Part shown: positions 60,152 through 64,000 of the stretch, piece by piece
Position numbering within the stretch: position 1 is the stretch's first letter
How the letters are laid out: every line of letters begins with the position of its first letter
NCBI RefSeq assembly: GCF_036588685.1
Contig: NC_086386.1
Coordinates: 65,844,001 to 65,908,000, forward strand
Direction of reading: 5' to 3'
Origin: Mytilus trossulus
Taxonomy: Eukaryota
Length of the DNA stretch: 64,000 nt
Position numbers and translations under genes: made by a program
The notes under the pieces: model-generated
The model's database searches: none
The model's input: the letters and a program-made list of their open reading frames with translations, nothing else
Told to the model about the DNA's origin: nothing

Positions 60152-61576
60152 GGTTTGTTTTTGCAAATGGGCACCCCATAACTTTTAATAATGAAAGAAA
60201 TTGTTCGTGTAACTGCAATAGTTTGAAACCGAAAATTTGGCTAGATATAATTCAGAAATATTTGTTAGCACCCAAGGTCATGTAGCAATCTATTGAAAAA
60301 CCTATCATCTCCTAAACAGTATGTATACTGAGGCAAATGTAAAGTCTATATAGCTTTTGGGAGATGACAGAATGGTTCAGAAACTGACATTTGGTACGAC
60401 GTAACATTATCTAACGTGTTATATATCATACTGAATGGCGGTTAAATTGTGTCAGTTGAAGAAAGAAGAAAAAAACGAGAAAAAAAAAACCAACCACAGC
60501 AATTGCTTTTAACGTGTTACAATTTATAGTAGCTGTATTGAGAACTTTTACAGTTTTAATGAAAATCCGAATAGTAAATCCTACCGTTTTCTCAAATTGT
60601 TAAACTTCGGCATCGAATTAAAAGAGGATAACTATACATGCAATTGTGCCGATAATATAGCTAACTTAAACAAGTTGACAAATGATAGGCGTACATTTAC
60701 TAAAAAGCAAAACAAATAGGGGCCTATTCAAGTGCACCTTTCATGATGCACTCGCCTTAAATGCAATGAAACAATAAAAGTCATTGCTGCCTGAGAATGA
60801 TTGTTGGTTCCGTATGATACATGTAGCAAAATGACATATCTATTTTATGCAATTTCCTCTCGATTTTGAAATTATTACAATTTGAGATTTCGTAGTAAAC
60901 CGTCTAGGAAATGAAGTGTTGTTAATCCTGCTTTCTTTTTCTTCTTCTTTTTTTTTAGTTAAAAAGAGCTATTTAGGTGTAATACCACCATTGATTTTCC
61001 CCTATTAGTCTTTGTTAAATTTGCACTTTTCAAAAAATTGTGTAGAATTTATCTTTGTTTCAAATAAAGAAATACTTGGCATGAGTAAAGTTTTATCCTG
61101 TCCAGTTCTATAGAAAAAGTTTCACATAACATTTCATTGCATATAAGAAAATAACCATCATTGGAAGTTAACCAATCAAATTTCTCCCCTTATGCTATCT
61201 GTGTACAAGGTTTAGTCACCATGCAACCTCAAGATTACAAAATTTTCTATAGAAATCGCAAATAAAAAATAATGGTATTTTGAAATACCCAAGACATTTG
61301 TTTATGACTCAGAAATAGTTTTACTGCAATAAAATGTAGGATTAATTACCTACAACGGTCAAATTCAAGGGAATATTTTTTTAGACCTACTTTCGTATGC
61401 AACCGGATGTGACGTACCATGATTTGGTGGTATTACACCTTTAACATAAAAAAAAAAAAAAAAGAAGAAAATTTCTCGATTAAAGACTCTCTCATTTGTA
61501 TAAGTTGACGCGTCAGTGCCGGGGCAATGTAAGAAAAAAAAACCAAAAAAAAACTTGTCCAAGCCGAAAAAAAGTA

Positions 61577-61649
61577 TGTTTCCGCTGAGGATTGAACTCA
61601 GGACCTTCCGCGTGTTAAGCGGATGTGATAACCACTACACCACGGAAAC
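61577..61649 (-). tRNA. trnV-AAC: tRNA-Val(AAC)
   Basis: Intact copy. Confidence 0.96.
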
Positions 61650-62055
61650 CATTAATGAATTGTGTCTTATATATTTATTTATTAGTCAGCTGTCCGACTG
61701 ATCATTGGCGTATTGGTGGTTTTTTAATACTCATTTGCATTACTGTGATTTTTTATTAAGAACATTGTATTAAACATTTGAAAAGTCCTTCGTGCAAACT
61801 TATAGGAAGCACTTATAAAACCTAAAAGAAGTACGTGATACATTCTGAAATATGGAAGAGTGCAGTTGAAAACTTTTCTTTTTATCTTGCTCTCCCCATG
61901 TGTGTCAGTGGTTTCATTTTAACCTGTGTGTGCTATAGCAATCTAAGCTGAGAGGCACAAGTTAGACTCTGATGATATGCCTATTTGTTTAGCGATTTTC
62001 ACATGATATATAAACTGAAGTATAAGTTCGAAAATATTTGATAAGTACATTGTCC

Positions 62056-62132
62056 GGTTCTGTGGTGTCTGTAGTGGTTATCACGTCTGCTTTACACGCA
62101 GAAGGTCGCGAGTTCGAACCTCGCCAGAACCT
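62056..62132 (+). pseudogene. tRNA-Val(TAC) variant with the 4-bp CTGT insertion
   Basis: Same insertion as 36313-36389. Confidence 0.85.
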
Positions 62133-63557
62133 GGTTTGTTTTTGCAAATGGGCACCCCATAACTTTTAATAATGAAAGAAATTGTTCGTGTAACTGCAAT
62201 AGTTTGAAACCGAAAATTTGGCTAGATATAATTCAGAAATATTTGTTAGCACCCAAGGTCATGTAGCAATCTATTGAAAAACCTATCATCTCCTAAACAG
62301 TATGTATACTGAGGCAAATGTAAAGTCTATATAGCTTTTGGGAGATGACAGAATGGTTCAGAAACTGACATTTGGTACGACGTAACATTATCTAACGTGT
62401 TATATATCATACTGAATGGCGGTTAAATTGTGTCAGTTGAAGAAAGAAGAAAAAAACGAGAAAAAAAAAACCAACCACAGCAATTGCTTTTAACGTGTTA
62501 CAATTTATAGTAGCTGTATTGAGAACTTTTACAGTTTTAATGAAAATCCGAATAGTAAATCCTACCGTTTTCTCAAATTGTTAAACTTCGGCATCGAATT
62601 AAAAGAGGATAACTATACATGCAATTGTGCCGATAATATAGCTAACTTAAACAAGTTGACAAATGATAGGCGTACATTTACTAAAAAGCAAAACAAATAG
62701 GGGCCTATTCAAGTGCACCTTTCATGATGCACTCGCCTTAAATGCAATGAAACAATAAAAGTCATTGCTGCCTGAGAATGATTGTTGGTTCCGTATGATA
62801 CATGTAGCAAAATGACATATCTATTTTATGCAATTTCCTCTCGATTTTGAAATTATTACAATTTGAGATTTCGTAGTAAACCGTCTAGGAAATGAAGTGT
62901 TGTTAATCCTGCTTTCTTTTTCTTCTTCTTTTTTTTTAGTTAAAAAGAGCTATTTAGGTGTAATACCACCATTGATTTTCCCCTATTAGTCTTTGTTAAA
63001 TTTGCACTTTTCAAAAAATTGTGTAGAATTTATCTTTGTTTCAAATAAAGAAATACTTGGCATGAGTAAAGTTTTATCCTGTCCAGTTCTATAGAAAAAG
63101 TTTCACATAACATTTCATTGCATATAAGAAAATAACCATCATTGGAAGTTAACCAATCAAATTTCTCCCCTTATGCTATCTGTGTACAAGGTTTAGTCAC
63201 CATGCAACCTCAAGATTACAAAATTTTCTATAGAAATCGCAAATAAAAAATAATGGTATTTTGAAATACCCAAGACATTTGTTTATGACTCAGAAATAGT
63301 TTTACTGCAATAAAATGTAGGATTAATTACCTACAACGGTCAAATTCAAGGGAATATTTTTTTAGACCTACTTTCGTATGCAACCGGATGTGACGTACCA
63401 TGATTTGGTGGTATTACACCTTTAACATAAAAAAAAAAAAAAAAGAAGAAAATTTCTCGATTAAAGACTCTCTCATTTGTATAAGTTGACGCGTCAGTGC
63501 CGGGGCAATGTAAGAAAAAAAAACCAAAAAAAAACTTGTCCAAGCCGAAAAAAAGTA

Positions 63558-63630
63558 TGTTTCCGCTGAGGATTGAACTCAGGACCTTCCGCGTGTTAAG
63601 CGGATGTGATAACCACTACACCACGGAAAC
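63558..63630 (-). tRNA. trnV-AAC: tRNA-Val(AAC)
   Basis: Intact copy; its TAC partner would lie just beyond the window end. Confidence 0.96.
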
Positions 63631-64000
63631 CATTAATGAATTGTGTCTTATATATTTATTTATTAGTCAGCTGTCCGACTGATCATTGGCGTATTGGTGG
63701 TTTTTTAATACTCATTTGCATTACTGTGATTTTTTATTAAGAACATTGTATTAAACATTTGAAAAGTCCTTCGTGCAAACTTATAGGAAGCACTTATAAA
63801 ACCTAAAAGAAGTACGTGATACATTCTGAAATATGGAAGAGTGCAGTTGAAAACTTTTCTTTTTATCTTGCTCTCCCCATGTGTGTCAGTGGTTTCATTT
63901 TAACCTGTGTGTGCTATAGCAATCTAAGCTGAGAGGCACAAGTTAGACTCTGATGATATGCCTATTTGTTTAGCGATTTTCACATGATATATAAACTGAA

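Larger units (their letters stand above)
12063..64000 (-). repeat. tRNA-Val tandem array, right block (inverted; unit ~1.97-2.1 kb), interrupted by the Polinton, the long-TIR element and an RT-less retro-element
   Basis: Reverse complement of the left-block unit repeated to the window end (AAC genes at 55648, 57621, 59596, 61577, 63558). Confidence 0.97.

Noticed and set aside
1-64000. CRISPR array or prokaryotic origin
   Set aside because: Repeats are 2-kb units without unique spacers. The tRNAs lack encoded CCA and have Pol III T-run terminators, and all elements are eukaryotic types.

Overview
AT-rich animal genomic DNA; the interspersed repeats look bivalve/Mytilus-like (recognition only, not verified). 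The backbone is a tandem array of a ~1.97-2.1 kb unit. Each unit carries two divergent tRNA-Val genes (anticodons TAC and AAC) and an embedded ~470-bp TIR MITE; about 18 units or unit remnants are present. The array flips orientation at a fold-back palindrome centred on 12059-12062. Six insertions interrupt it. (1,2) Two divergent 5'-truncated Tx1/L1-type non-LTR retrotransposons (6600-7637, 10203-11682). (3) A 1.68-kb polyadenylated element with a single RT-less 322-aa ORF (52495-54173). These three have their poly(A) joined to the same position (GGTTA^TCAC) inside tRNA-Val, in sense orientation. (4) An 11.9-kb non-coding long-TIR element at that same tRNA position (38317-50213). (5) A complete 15.4-kb Polinton/Maverick-type endogenous virus with a 6-bp TSD (15513-30936), encoding pPolB, integrase, packaging ATPase, major and minor capsid and several membrane proteins, with no recognisable protease. 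(6) A 55-bp stem-loop retro-fragment. The strongest candidate for an undescribed system is a tRNA-Val-targeting retrotransposon guild that includes a non-autonomous protein-coding passenger.
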